From contig NC_043010.1 in assembly GCF_006345805.1 (NCBI RefSeq), forward strand, positions 43,214,001 through 43,278,000: a stretch of 64,000 nt of DNA, in the 5' to 3' direction. The notes beneath the pieces were generated by a model, which saw only the letters and a program-made list of their open reading frames with translations, searched no databases and had not been told where the DNA came from. The position numbers were made by a program, and so were the translations under genes. This document shows, one piece after another, positions 1 to 13,800 of the stretch (the stretch's first letter is position 1; the number at the start of each line of letters is the position of its first letter). Source of the stretch: Octopus sinensis (lineage: Eukaryota).

Positions 1-216
1 AGCACAAGTGCTTCACAAGGCTATTACACATCCTATTTAGTCAAGCAGTAAGTCAACAAATACACTAGCAGACAAGAACCACTTCTAGCACAGATAAAAA
101 GATGAAGGCTTGCTTGGTATAGTCATGTATCTCACCACAACTCACAGTCCAAAACAATTCTTCAGAGCACAGTTGAGAGAGGACAAAAGAGAATCAGAGA
201 AAATCCTGGTTTGATA

Positions 217-435
217 ATATCTATTTCTTTACTACTCACAAGGGGCTAAACACAGAGGGGGCAAACAAGGACAGACAAACGGATTAAGTCGATTACATCG
301 ACCCCAGTGCGTAACTGGTACTTAATTTATCGACCCCGAAAGGATGAAAGGCAAAGTCGACCTCGGCGGAATTTGAACTCAGAACGTAACGGCAGATGAA
401 ATACGGCTACGCACTTCGCCCGGCGTGCTAACGTT
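217..435 (-). mobile_element. tRNA-derived SINE, family A (core GGTCGACTTTGCCTTTCATCCTTTCGGGGTCGAT)
   Basis: The reverse complement contains the B-box-like GAGTTCAAATTCC and the same core as the copies at ~23585, 34795-35465, 40860, 60657 and 61705. The core resembles the Meta-type SINE domain (from memory, not searched). Confidence 0.85.
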
Positions 436-1293
436 GGTAAGTGAGCCTGTTACACATGACAGAGAAAGTAAACCAGTGGTGAGACAGCTAACTAAGAAAG
501 TGTCTAGAGTGGCACCCTAATGACTGGCTGCATCAGTTAAGGGATTTTGATGATGATATTGATGACATATATTTAGCTAGCCAAGCAGTGTTTAGCCATA
601 AGTAAACTTTAGGTTAGTTAAAATATGTTTGTGACATATTTGTACTTGGTATCTGAAGATAAGGTATTTTTATACCTTTTACCATGAGAGAATTTTTTCT
701 CCACAGTAACTGCACCAAATTTGCCTTTAGAAGTTGAAATTTGTCACAAACATATTTTAACTAACCTAAAATTTACTAAATACAATACTTTAAATCATAT
801 ACATTAAATCAGATTATTAATTAATATATTTATTTAATAAACATCCAAATACAGTCTAATACCCATTAAGCAATTAATACTAAAAGCTTAAAATTAATTG
901 ATATACACACTGCTAGTACAAGCCATTAATACTGGAATCAAAATAAGAAATGGTTCAAATATAGACACACTCATTAAATAAACTAACTATATAATTAATA
1001 TATATGTGTAGTTTCTATAGATTTAATATATCACTCAATAATATAGTTGACCAAAATATCAATTAATATAAAACCTAATTTACTTAAAGTTAATACCTAA
1101 TTATTAAATAATATATTGTCTAACAAAATTAATTCTCAAATTGAATTAAATGTAATATGTTAGATCCTTTTATAAAAATAATAAATCATTCTAAATAAAT
1201 AGATATAATAATTAATAACTATCATAACTTATAACTATCAATATATATATAAATGATATAATGTCGAAATCTAGGTAATTAAAATTCATTAAA

Positions 1294-1512
1294 ATGACAG
1301 ATCTGTCAGACTTTCAAAGAGGTCAAATTGCTGGTGTTCGTATGGCAGACGCTAGTGTAATGAAAACAGCCGCAATGTTTGGTGTATGAAGAAGTACTCT
1401 CTCGAAAGTAATGACAGCCTTTAACAAAGAGGGAAAAACTTCCTTGTCAAAACAAAACTCTGGAAGAAAATCAAAATTTTCAGATAGGGACTGTTGGACT
1501 CTTATGCGAATA
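1294..1512 (+). pseudogene. Tc1-like transposase N-terminal (paired-like HTH) fragment
   Basis: Translates MTDLSDFQRGQIAGVRMADASVMKTAAMFGV*RSTLSKVMTAFNKEGKT...NSGRKSKFSDRD, typical of a Tc1 N-terminus, with an internal stop. Confidence 0.8.
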
Positions 1513-1516
1513 GAAA

Positions 1517-2580
1517 ATGGACAAAATTTGGCATCATGGTGTTATCAAGTACCTCCAGACAAAAGGGTTAAGCCTCCATTCTGACATGGTTGCTACATTA
1601 GGGAATGATGCTCCAGTTCTATCAACAGTGCAAAAGTGGGCAGCTGAATTTAGGAAGGGAATAAAGAGTCTTAAAGACGACCCATGGTTTGAATTCCTGC
1701 AAATGCTATCACCAAGGTAAACATTGATAAGGTCACCACATGATGATGGCTGGCAAGGCAATTGACAATAAATCAAATAGCCAATGCTGTTAGTATATTC
1801 TGTGAGAGAGTTGAGAACTTGGCATGACAAAGGTTTCTGCTCAATGGGTGCCATACCTTCTGACATAAGATCAAAACCACACAACGCTGATCACATCAAG
1901 GGAAAAATTTGACATTGCTTCAGGCAGATCCAGCTGGTTTCTTTGAACATTTTCTAACCCAGGATGAATGTTGGGTTCACCACTTTGAGTCAGAGACAAA
2001 AAAAACAATCCATGCACTGGAATCATCCTTCCTCACCTACTCCAAAGAAGGCCAAGGTTGTTTTATCTGCAGAGAAGGTGATGACCTCAGTTTTTGGATG
2101 CAAAAGGCATGGTGTTTATTGACTATTTTCAAAAGGGCCACATTATCAGTGGAGAGCACTATGTCTACTTACTGAGACAGTTAAAAAATGCTATTAAGAC
2201 CAGTGCTCAAGAAAACTGATGAAAGGGGTCTTATTTCATCGAGTCCTTGGCTTTAATCGCTGCTGTGCATGAATGTGGTTTTGAACTAGCTGATCACACT
2301 CCCTATTTTCCTGATTTGGCCCCATCTAACTATCAGCTGTTCCTCACATGAAAAAACAATTGGCTGGGATCACAGTGATGATGATGATGCCATATCAGCT
2401 GTTGATGACTTTTTTGACCAGCAGGATGAAAGCTTCTTCACCAACAGGATCAAGCACTGCAACACCAATGGTAGACAAAAGTGTGTGGATTGTGAGGGGC
2501 ACTATGTTGAAAAATAAACCCCACTTGATCACATTCTATGAGAGTATCTTGGTCAACCTATGAACTTTTCAGCCAATCCT
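1517..2580 (+). mobile_element. Degenerate mariner element (irritans-like, DD34D type), frameshifted transposase
   Basis: MDKIWHHGVIKYLQTKGL...STVQKWAAEFRKG HTH, FLTQDECWVHHFE (first catalytic D), a YFPDLAPSNY-like motif near 2300, and the ORF end near 2540. Confidence 0.85.
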
Positions 2581-2598
2581 AACATATAAACATATATA

Positions 2599-4006
2599 TT
2601 GGATCATTCCATAAATAATGCAATTTTTTCAATTGCATGAACTAAAAGTCAGAGGGGGATGGGATAAACTACCTGCATCAATTTGCTATAAAAGTAGGTA
2701 GTACTTGTCCTTATTCTTAGTGCAAGTTTTGAAGAGTACAGTTTGATTTTAACAGTTATTTTTTGCAAAGCTATAATGGACGTGACAAAGGAGCATATTC
2801 AGTATATTTTGCTTTGTGAGTTCAATAAAGGCAACAATTAGTTAATGCACTTCTGCTGGTGGATCTGGTTTGGCTCTATGCATGGTGATCTCTGGGGCCA
2901 CATCCAGCAAGTGCATGAAGGAAGGAAGCAAGCACATTATAAACATATATAAAAATATACATATGTAACTATATATATATATATGGAAAGTGTGAGAAAT
3001 ATTGATGTAGTATATGGGGATCAGACAATAAGCATAAGCCATTATCAATGGTGATTCCAGAAATTCTGAGCTGGAAACTACAGCCTAGAAGACAAGCCCC
3101 ATCTAGGAAGATCTGTAGAGCTTGACGAGGACATCCTGCAAACCCTGTGGAACAAAACTGTTGAGGACTAGCTGAGAAGCTTGGATCTGGCCACTCAACC
3201 ATTCATTGACATCTGCATGCCATTAGAAAAGTCAGCAAATTTTATCAATGGATTCCTCACAAACTTTTGGTGTCTAATCGCATGCAGAGAGTGAATGTGT
3301 GCTCTTCTTTGCAGTCATGTTTCACAAATGAACCTTTTTTGGACCAAATAGTGATGGGTAATGAGAAATGGGCTCTCTATAAAAATGTCAAATGCCGAAG
3401 ACAGTGGGTAGAAAAAGGAGAAACACTGGCGCTCCAGGCTAAAGAAGGTCTTCCCCCACGGAAGGTGTTGCTATCTGTTTGGTGGGATATGAAAGGTTTA
3501 GTCCACTTTGAACTTATAAACCCAAACCAAACAATAACAAAGGTGATCTACTGCAAGCTTGAGCGGCTTAAGTAAGCGCTGGAAGAAAAACAACCATGTT
3601 TGGTTTCAAGACAAAAGGCATTCTTCCATCAGGATAATGCTTGGCCACACACAGCGAGGATGACATTCCAAAGGCTGGAGCAGTTTGAATAGGAAATGGT
3701 GCCCCACCCACCATATTTACCAGACATTGCCCTATCTGATTATTATTTATTCCGCAGTCTTCAAAATCATTTGAACAGAAAAAATATGAATTCTGTAGAC
3801 GAGGTTAGAACACTATTGGAGGAGTATTATTCATTATGGACAAGAGAATTTTGAAAGAGGGGGCCTTGCAAGTCTACCAAATAGATGGAAGAACATTGTA
3901 GAAAATGAAGGAGAGTATATTTTAGATTAAAAAAGAACATTGTTTATCTTAATTTTGAAAAATAAAAGAAGTATAAAAAAACCGCATTATTCATGGGATG
4001 ACTTAA
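2599..4006 (+). mobile_element. Full-length degenerate mariner (Hsmar1/Mos1-like) with TIRs and TA TSD, interrupted at 2837-2983
   Basis: Left end TA|TTGGATCATTCCATAAATAATGC matches the reverse complement of the right end GCATTATTCATGGGATGACTTAA|TA. Transposase motifs include IVMGNEKWALYKN, KVLLSVWWDMKG, HQDNAWPH and YLPDIALSDYYLF. Confidence 0.9.
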
Positions 4007-4019
4007 TACATATAAACAT

Positions 4020-4260
4020 TGGATGCAGCAGCTGTGGGCTAGAAGAGGCCTCATGGCAGGCCCCATACCAAATGGCTGAATATGATTGGAGAAGATCTCC
4101 AGGGGCTCAATGCCACCTTGGAGGATGCAGAGGGGCTGGCACAGGACCACCAGTGAGGGATGAGTCATTAGTTAATGCACTTCTGCTGGTGGATCTGGTT
4201 TGGCTCTATGCATGGTGATCTCTGGGACCACATCCAGCAAGTGCATGAAGGAAGCAAGCA
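4020..4260 (+). mobile_element. RTE-type LINE 3' end fragment
   Basis: Translates ...TKWLNMIGEDLQGLNATLEDAEGLAQD, resembling the C-terminus of RTE ORFs, followed by a short gaag/gcaa repeat tail. Confidence 0.6.
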
Positions 4261-4309
4261 AACACATATAAACATATATAAAAATATACATATGTAACTA
4301 TATATATAG

Positions 4310-4452
4310 GTGTAGTGTGGCTGTGTGTTAAGAAGCTTACTTTCCAACCACATGGTTCTGGGTTCAGTTCTACTGCATGGTACCTTGGGCAAGTGCCTTC
4401 TACTATAGCCTCGAGCTATAGTAGATTTGGTAGACAGAAACTGAAAGAAGTT

Positions 4453-4485
<33 letters not shown>
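4310..4485 (+). mobile_element. SINE family B (CORE-like CCTTGGGCAAGTG), 3' truncated, ending in (TA)n
   Basis: Matches the 5' half of the full copies at 40000, 41642 and 60184. Confidence 0.8.
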
Positions 4486-4490
<5 letters not shown>

Positions 4491-5295
4491 ATTAGTTCTG
4501 AGAGCCACAAATAGATACTAACCTCAATTACGTTTATGGGGAGCGGGCACAGCAAACTAAAATGATCTTTCCCTTGTGAGATGGATTCACAAAAGAAATA
4601 GCTGGATGATGCTTTACTACGTGATTTCAAAGTTTAACCAAGAGGTTTTGTTTCTCTTCAAAAGCATCTACTGATTACTTAGGGCTAAATAGTTTGCTTT
4701 GTAATATTAAATGAGAATAGGAAACCATTGATAAGCTGTGCAAAATTCAAATGGTTAGAATGTATAGTATCAATACAAGAAGATACAACAATGGTATATT
4801 AAACATATTTAGCACCAGTGATTGCTAAAAATAAGAATGAAAAATTAACTCTGAGAGCAACAAAAAGACACTAACCTCAGTTACATTTACAGGGAGCAGG
4901 CGCAGCAAACTAAAATAATCTTTCTCTTGTGAGATAGACTCACAAAAGAAATAGTTGGATAATGCTTTACCATGTGATTTCGAAATTTAACCAATAATGT
5001 TTCGCTTCTCTTCAGAAGTATCTAACAACTTCTCAGATCTAAATAGACAGTTTGCTTTGTAATAGGAAAGGCATGGAGCTGTAGAAACCATGCCAAAGCA
5101 TACAGTAGAGCTTAGCCCAGTCTCCTGGATTGCCAGCTTGTCAAACCATCCATCTGATGCAATTTATCAATGGTTTCCTATTCTCATTTACTATTTATGA
5201 AGATCGTTTTAGTTTGCTGTGCCTGCTCCCTGTAAAAGTAATTGAGGTTAATGTCTTTTTTTGACTCTTATTTTTAGCAATCACTGGTGCTATTT
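4486..5295. repeat. Two diverged ~220-bp direct repeats (4486-4705, 4840-5064) plus a partial inverted copy (5164-5295)
   Basis: Shared text ctaacctca(a/g)ttac...cagcaaactaaaat(g/a)atctt...tttgctttgtaata. The inverted copy reads ttttagtttgctgtgcctgctccctgtaaaagtaattgaggtta. Confidence 0.85.
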
Positions 5296-6836
5296 TGCAC
5301 CCTTTATTAATTACTTTTTGGTTTTTAATTGCTAGCCACACATACTCTTATGTGTTTAATATATCTTAATATATCACTGTAATATCTTCTTGTATTGATT
5401 ATATATATATCATCATCATTTAGCGTCCGCTTTCCATGCTAGCATGGGTTGGACGGTTCAACTGGGGTCTGGGAGGCCAGAAGGCTGCACCAGGCCCAGT
5501 CTGGCCTCGTATGTATGTATGTATTTGTATGTGTGTCTGTGCTTGTCACCCACAATTGCTTGGCAACTGATGGTGTGTTTACATCCCCGTAACTTAGCAG
5601 TTCGGCAAGAGACCGACAGAATAAGTACTAGGCTTACAAAGAATAGGTCCTGGGGTCAATTTGTTCAATTAAAGGCAGTGCTCCAGCATGGCCACAGTCA
5701 AATGACTGAAACTAGTAAATAAGTGAAAAACGAACATATATACATAACATCATCATCCATTTTCCATGCTGGCATCAGTTGGGTGGCAATCCAGAAGACT
5801 GGACTAAGCTCTACTGTATACTTCAGCATAGTTTCCATAGCTCCATGTCTTTCCTAATACCAACTGCTTTACAGAGTGTACTGGATGCTGTTTACATGGT
5901 ACCGGTGAGATCACCAAGTAACTTGCAAGACAAGACCCCCTCAACTGAGTGGGGGTGGAGTAGTATTGAAGGAGGTGGCTTTGAGTATGACAAAAGAAAT
6001 GAAACAGGTGTCTTGCTATAGAAGAGATAAATGACTACACCACACTACAAAGGTAAGTAGCAGTAATTAGAAAGATGAAGATTAAAGATGATGGCAGTGA
6101 TGGTGTACAAGGGCAAATTCACAAGGTAGGTGAGCATAAGGGAGGATATGGTCAGTGGATCAGGGCTAAGGGGAGGGTGTGAAGGTTTATAAGAATGTGA
6201 AGAAAGAATATCAGATGGTTAGAGAGGTGGGCAGGGATAACATATGCACACACACATACACATATATACATAAACATACATGTGTATGTATATGTGTGTG
6301 TGTGTGTGTGTGCACATCAATCTTTACGCATATACACAGATATGCATATATACATACTATATATAAATATATACACACACAGATACCTACATATATATAC
6401 ACACATATAGATACCTACATTTTATATATATACACACACACATATATATGCATTCACTTTATTCCACATATATGTAAATATGCATACATGCACACACACA
6501 CACACACATTTGCATTACGAATATTCATTTATATATAAAAATATGCATTATGTGTACTCATATATTTCTGTACTATTTATATATTTATATATATTTGTGC
6601 ATTTATGTGTTCATATACATATATTCGTGCATTATATATATACATATACAAGCGTGTTTATTTTTGTGTGCATGTGCTTTCTTATATATGTTCACATGGA
6701 AATAGAAAGAAAACTGAACAGAAAGAGCCTAAAAGCACTTCGAAGTTTATTAGATCCATTCTTGTCGATTCTTTCCTCCTGTTCCCTTTTCCCAAGTCCT
6801 TTGTTTCACTGTTGAGACTGTATTAATGTTATGTGT

Positions 6837-6902
<66 letters not shown>

Positions 6903-8092
6903 ATCCGGTTTATATGAACAGAGATAATATCGGATGATGAAAAGGTAATACAGGGAACTGATACTAATGGAAGAATTGGTTTTTCACATCTCCCCTCTCT
7001 TCCACGTCAAAGAGGGGCGAGCAGAAGCCCATTAACTAACGACTCGTCCATGTTGGCAATTAGGTATGTATCACTCACTCTCAATTGACACATAGACGAG
7101 TAGACTGCGATCAAAGATGGAAATAGAAGTGGAAGAAATACACAATGGCTTATACGAACCCGATGTATCTGTTTATTACATGTATATGTAAGTATATGCA
7201 TATATCGTTTTCTTTGGCTTTCACAGCTAACACTTCCAAATTGCCATCCGTAAGCGACTGCTCCGGACTATCGGTGTCAAATCCCCTCCCGAAATATAGA
7301 CCGGCTTCAGCTACCATTATGCAAGTACATCCCCGTAAAATAATGGTAATTATGTGTGATATACATCGAGACAGAGAAGTCGTGTGGTCTATATTAGAAC
7401 AAGATGTGGTACCTCACTCTACATACCACAATAAATTAAATAAACTTCTTTAATTTGTATAGCCACACTTTCTGTATGTGTAAACTTTTACAAGGAAAGG
7501 GTTGACAGTAACTCCGAAGCTTCGTCAGACCGTCTAATGAAGGCGCGCAAGATGAAACTGCGAAGTGACTGTTAACCTTATCTTTTCAAAAATTTAAAAG
7601 GCATGCACTCTACAAAAAGGTATTGAATAATCTTGAATAATGTTAAATTATCTATACATATAACTTGACATAAAAGTAAACATTTATGTGTGTGTATACA
7701 TTTAGACACACACATCGATAGATAGATGGTTATGCATGCATGTAAGCGTAGTCAATAACGTTGTTATAGTACAAAATAGTGTTGGTATATCCTTTCTCTG
7801 CGCTATGATACTACTGGGATGGTGTTTTACTTTCATAATTTTCGGGCGTTGTTTATGACCCATTAAAATAGGGAGGTCCTTGTGTCACTTTCTTGCTTCT
7901 GCTAAATATCAATAAAATATACACATATACTCATGTTTTGAGTTCTATTTTTCCTGTTTGCACACACACACACACACACATACACATATTACAGACCTAT
8001 AGTATCCTACCAACACGATACCTTCGTGGTTGTTTTCCCTCATTGTGAACCCTATATTATTCTAATGAATCATATAACTAACTAACCGGCTA

Positions 8093-8172
<80 letters not shown>

Positions 8173-8399
8173 GTTTCCGTTTAACATATCCATTTACAAG
8201 GGTTTGGTTGGCCGAAGGCTATTAGTAGAAAATACTTGTCCAAGGTGTCATGCAGTGGGACTGAACCCGGAAAGGTGTGGCTGGGAAGCAAGCTTCTGTA
8301 TTTCATGAAATTTGCCTTAAAGACAGTACACAGGTGGGACGAACAATGACAGACAAACACAAAGGGTGAAGAAGCTGCTTTTAGTTAAAAATTAATGTT

Positions 8400-10680
8400 C
8401 GTATGAATGATATGGTTACAGATATAATTTTAAAATGTATTTACATAGTTGCAAAAAGCAACAATTGGCCTCGGAAGGAAAGGAATCTAGCCAGCTGAGT
8501 AGAACCTTTGCTTTCTACCACTGACCCCCACTTACCTGGTGCCGGTCACTCTCAACCTGCTTGCTACAAGCTTCCATCTTTTTACAAATGTACTCATCGA
8601 CAGGTACTTCTTCTACAGTCTGATCTTACTTATGAGGTGGTAACTAAAAAAGTTTACCAACCCCTGGCCGGAGACGAAGGTATTTGTCACTATCCCTCTT
8701 ACACGCGTTTTTCATGCTGTTTCTTTCAGTATGGCTACTACGCAGAAAAAACAAGCCTTCCTTTCCCTGTCAAGGGAGAGAGGCGGTATAATCTCGATGA
8801 TAGACTCAGCCTATAGCTGTATTCTTCCCATCGATAACAACTGTTGTTCTACGAAAACTATCAGTCACTTTAGTTCTGGACACTCCACAAATGCGTGCAA
8901 GACAGTTTCCCTGTCCTGCTCGCACCTTGGACATGTCGGCGAGACAGCACTTCCGTGCCTTGACAGTTTGTCTCGAACACGTAACGCCGCACGGAAACAC
9001 TGTCAAGCCAGGGATTTCTGGTAATTATCCAGATACTCCGGTCTGAACAGGTTGATCAACTGATTTTCATCGTAGCTCAGGGTCTCCCCCAAGGCGCCTT
9101 CAGACATAAAGCCCACTAACCCGCTATAAAAATCTGCGGTTGTACTCCTGCTGCCGGCATTGCCCGCCCAAGAGAGTAGCTGAAGTGCCTGACGGCACTC
9201 CGATTTCCAATCTCCCAGCTTAGGTCTCTGCTTGATCTATGCTCCAATGTCCGTTAAGGACGTTAAACACGGAAGGTAGAACCGGACTCGCAGTGACCAC
9301 ACCTGCTCCCCATCCAGGTAAAGCCAGAGGTGCCTCAACCTTAACGCGAGTTTTCGCATCTTCAGCCAAGGCATCCCTAGCGGTTTCTGGCAGCAGACAG
9401 AGCGCTTCACAAGCGGCTTTCCTCCATTCCACAAAAAGCGGAAAAGGATTCTCTCCAACTTTTTCATCCACAAATCGGGGCAAGACACCACGGTCAGACG
9501 GTAGGTGATAACTGATGCTATAAACATCTGCACCACCTCCGCCTTTCCTTGCAAAGATAACGCCCGCCCAGACCAGGTCTGGGTTAGAACAGTCACCCTG
9601 CTGGTTACCTCACTCCAATTTTTCTTTATCTGGAGGTCTGGACCAAACCAGACTCCGAGCAGCTTAAGAGGACCTTCCGTCCAACGCCCGACGACCTTTT
9701 GGACGTCATCGGCTTGCCCCTCCAGGTGCCGAGTTGCAAACCGACCAACTTGTCTTTGTTAACCTTTGCACCTGCCGCCGCCTCGTAACTTTTGATGGCC
9801 TCTTCCACCACTGGAAACTGGCCCTCATCCTCCACGATGATGGAGATGTCATCCGCATACGCCGTAGCTCCTCTTTCACAGATCATACGGAGCGACCCCT
9901 AGTGCCTCCAATTTCCGCAGCAATAGCTCAAGATCCAACACATACAGAAGCGGGGACAGGGAACACCCCTGACGCACTGAGCGTTCGATCCTGAATCGTT
10001 TCGAGAAGAAACCATTCACTTTTACAACAGACTCGATGTCGCTGTACAAAGTAGCAATCCAACTGCGGAAGGTCGGACCCAGGCCAGCCTTCTCGAGGAC
10101 CGCCGCCAAGTACCGATGATCGACCCTATCGAATGCTTTAGACTGGTGTAAATGTACCAGTGCCCCATCCTAAGCCAGAAAGTTTCCCTCCCCTCTCTAA
10201 GGAGTATCGTATAAGGTGGAGATTGTCGCGGATCGACCTGCCTGGGATGACGCAAGTTTGCGCCCCCACCCCCTAAGTCTGTCCACGACCCGCGCCAACC
10301 TTTTTGCTAGCACCTTGGCCAAAATCTTTAACTCTGCATTTAGCAGAGTTATGGGCCTAAAATTACTTATCTCGTCCCCCTTGCTCGGGTCCTTTCTGAT
10401 CAGTGTCACCATCCCCCGGCTAGCAGACTTGGGAATTCTCCCATTTTGCTGCCAGTTGGCGCAAACGCTGGCCAGCAGGTGCCCGAACATGTCTGGCATG
10501 TTTTTATAAAATTCATAAGGTAGACCATCGAGACCTGGCGACTTCTCCCTGGGACATTCGATCACCTCCTCGGCTGTGATTGGCCCCTCACAGCACTCAG
10601 CCTCACGTGCCGAGAGATGCGGGTCGCCAGACAGGAAGTCCCTAAGGGCCTCACCATGATCCAGCAGGTGCATCCGGGAA
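8400..10680 (-). mobile_element. Tx1/L1-clade LINE, 5'-truncated and frameshifted ORF2 (RT and C-terminal Zn motif)
   Basis: KSPGLDGLPYEFY, NFRPITLLNAELKILAKVLAKRL, SVRQGCSLSPLLYVL, AYADDISII and C-terminal CPRCEQDRETVLHAFVEC, spread over several frames. Confidence 0.92.
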
Positions 10681-10689
10681 AAAAGATAC

Positions 10690-12160
10690 CTCCTTTTCAG
10701 TGACGCGCACAGTCAACAATAGTGTTGTAAGCGCCTTGCTGGTCCGGAAGTAGTTTTGGCTCAGTTTCAATGACATAGCTGGCAAGAGCATCAATGTCAT
10801 AGGATGTTTCTTGTAGGATATCTATGGGAAAGGTGTTTTACCCAGTCCAATAGGTTTGGGGAAGGTCATATGTGGGCAAAGTATTTCCACCCATTAAAAC
10901 AATCTTGTTCTCTATATCAATTAATGCTCTATTGTAGACTTCATAGCTGAAACTACTTCCATGACAGGAAACTGCAATTGTTTCAAATCTTCAGACAGAT
11001 CATCTCTGTACATGACCCACAAACAAGCAGGATCATACAGTTCACATGTTTGCTATAAATACTGCAAACATTGCCCTGAGACTTCTAGGTGACTGTGATA
11101 CAGCAGCCTCTGCCAAAATTTCATCCCACAATGAACCATCTTCTAGCGGTCCATGTTTAAAGCAGGCTTCTCGATATATAGCACAAACTTGTCCATCAAG
11201 AGTTTTTAGGTCTTGGAAACACGTTGGTCCTCTGGCCTCATGCAGTAGCAGACGGAAATAGAAACTCTCATGTTGGCTGGGATCCACTGTGTAAACTCTC
11301 CTCAGGCAATTGTCAAACTTTATGCCAGGCTGTCCATCAACATCTTGACCTGTTTTTCTTCGTGTCCATGTCCTCTTGTTCCAGGTGTAGTAGGATGGTA
11401 CCTGGGGATACAGCAAGGTTTGAGCAAATGAATCTACTTGGAAAATTTTGAAAAACACAGTGCAGTTGGTGTCCTTTGGTTTCTGTGCCAATTGAGCAGC
11501 ATTAACATCGGTGAAATACACTCTTTGACCATTTTCGAGGTGCACTGCAAGCCGTTGAATGGCAGGGTAAGGGAATGCCGAAAATATGCCAGAGGGCCTC
11601 GTTGCTACTGATGTATCACCCTACTTCGTATTGTGCAACTTCATCTCGGTTGTTTTCTTCTTGAAGGCCAAATATGGCAGCATCTGAACCCTTGTTTACA
11701 TATTTACATACGTACATGATGGACTTCCCAGAGTGGCAGAATTCAACATTGATATGGGCGCTGAATGTCTTTAATAGGAGTGGACAGTACAGGACTATTC
11801 ATCTGTTGTTAACCTCATGTCGACCGATCTTTGCTGTAAATCCTTCATCTTCTGGTTTTCTTTGTTTGTATGATGCATATCGATCGTCACCAGTATTGGT
11901 TTCTTGAAGAAAATGCCTGGGAAACTTTTTGGCGCACACATTCTTTCAAACATGGTAAGTTTATGTTGAAGCCACGCATGCACGGACCATGCACTATGTT
12001 TGCCTTCACTATCACATGTAGTTCTTTGTCAGTAGATGAATCTGGAAACACTGCAGAGATAATCTTGTTAATGTCTTTGGAATTGATTTTTGTTGATTGC
12101 CAAAGCAGAATGTGAGCATGTAGAAAGCCTCTTTTTTTGTCATTCAATTGTGTACATGTC
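10690..12160 (-). pseudogene. Helitron Rep/helicase remnant
   Basis: KRGFLHAHILLW (HUH motif 2), VHGPC, HLENGQRVYF and YFRLLLHEARGPTCFQDLKTLDG...YREAC are characteristic of Helitron Rep proteins. The frame is broken by stops and frameshifts. Confidence 0.9.
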
Positions 12161-12560
12161 ACAATTTACAGTTCCAAATACCTGCCCTGTCTTGATCTAG
12201 CAACGCTCCGATTGAATAGACCAGCCTACTGATTTTCGTCGACGCTCAAAGTCTCTCCGAGAATGTTGTCGCTTTACCTTTTACTAACACTTTATAGAAC
12301 TCCATAGTAAAGCTTTCACTGATCGCACTGCCCAACTTGTAGAAAGCTGTGAGCGTCTGACGGCATTCCAGATACCAAGCTCTCTGTCTTGGTCTTTGTA
12401 TGGCTTAGGACTGCAACTTTGTCAAAGAGACTAGCTGTGGAAATACCCACCTGACAAACGGAGACCATACCTACTCGTAGCAAAAGAATGGTTGGAGATG
12501 TTGCAGCCTCAGTCAGCGCATCATCAGCCATGGAATGCTCTGTGCTTCACTCAGCGGGTT
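12160..12560 (-). mobile_element. Tx1-like LINE C-terminal fragment
   Basis: Similar to 9050-9200 and 25170-25330 (aaagcgacaacattctcggagagactttgagcgtc versus DNVLGETLGVS). Confidence 0.55.
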
Positions 12561-12805
12561 TTGACAGCAAATGGAGTGCATCATCAGCGGGATACGACAA
12601 CTCCTACCGAATGCTTAAGAGCAGTCAGACGTTAATTAGGGCAGCGCAAGAGAGTCAGGCGGTATTATAGGACAAAGGCGATGTAAGCGTTCATAATTTC
12701 TGTCCGCCCTTTCAGGGCTAGCTTTATCTCGGTATATTTCTAGGTAAGAGTGGTGTAGCGTTGGTGGAATGCATCCGCGCTCTCTGAGATATGCCGTACA
12801 AATAA

Positions 12806-13800
12806 TGTAGCAGATAACAGTTAACTTTTGGCCGTTATTTGGACCCTGTTGTGTCCACTACTCAGATTGGTTGGCATTGGCACAGTTTGTCTCTTGACTT
12901 ATTTCGCACCAATGTGTAAACCAACCAATCAGAACCTTCTAATAAGATCATGTGAGACAGCTTGTTCACAATCCAATTTGAGCCTCCCATTTGCTTTAAA
13001 AGGCGTAAGCAATTCACTATATCTCGTCTTTGGTCTCTGACCATTGACCATGCAGCAGCCGCGACAGACCAGACCAGCCAGTTCCAGCGACCTAGCTATG
13101 TTCCTGCTCCAGCCAGCGACGACACCAACATACACCATCCAGCAGGACGATTTCCACCACCGTCACCTTCATCTCAACGTCGTCGTTCTCTACCGCCGTC
13201 ACTACCACCGTCGACTTCAGTGATACGTACACAGCAACATGAGCTCAGGGTTAACTTCTTACAGTTTGTAATTACTTCACCAAGGTTAACAGCCCGAAAT
13301 ACCTGAGAAGATCTCCTGTACCAATGTAACCTGGAAATGGATTGAAGCCCTAACTTCTACACGCGTAGTAACCGTTCTCCTCTTTGCCACCGACTTCATT
13401 GACGCAGAACCACTGCTATTGTGTAACCTTACTACGAACTTGTAAATTTATCTTGTTTCCGGACATTCTTTCTTTGCTCTGTATTGTTGTCTCACTCTTA
13501 TAACACTTACACGAACACACAGACACAAACGCATATGTCACACGCACCGTTGTTAGCACTTACAACGGACACACAGACACACTCTGCTAGCACTCACACA
13601 CACTCTTATTGTACACATCTATAAATAAAAGTCTTTCTTCTCTTAAACAGTGGAACGGTTGAGTTTTTCTTCTTTATTCCTTTTGGCATTCTTATTCATT
13701 TATACTATATATCTGGGCTTATTCTTTGTAGGGCGACCGTGCGGCGTTTAAAAGGAGACATTTCTGTCACCAACTCCTTTACGCACTGTCGTTCACTACA
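12806..13800 (+). mobile_element. Solo LTR of an LTR retrotransposon (~995 bp)
   Basis: Termini TGTAG...CTACA form a perfect short inverted repeat. It has CCAAT boxes, a TTTAAAA TATA-like box and an AATAAA near 13623, and is collinear with the minus-strand copy at 45244-46127. No TSD is visible. Confidence 0.75.

Noticed and set aside
1294-1720. Chimeric Tc1-mariner transposase gene
   Set aside because: Both parts contain stops or frameshifts, and simple adjacency of two dead elements explains it.
6179-6826. His/Thr/Tyr/Val/Cys-rich ORFs (also 37131-37626, 51761-52047, 53961-54329, 55083-55435, 59718-59961)
   Set aside because: They are translations of microsatellites and give no evidence of coding.
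7505-7575. Possible hammerhead ribozyme (CTAATGA...GAAA on plus, CTGACGA on minus)
   Set aside because: No stem II can form between the core motifs on the plus strand, and the minus-strand CTGACGA has no GAAA partner.
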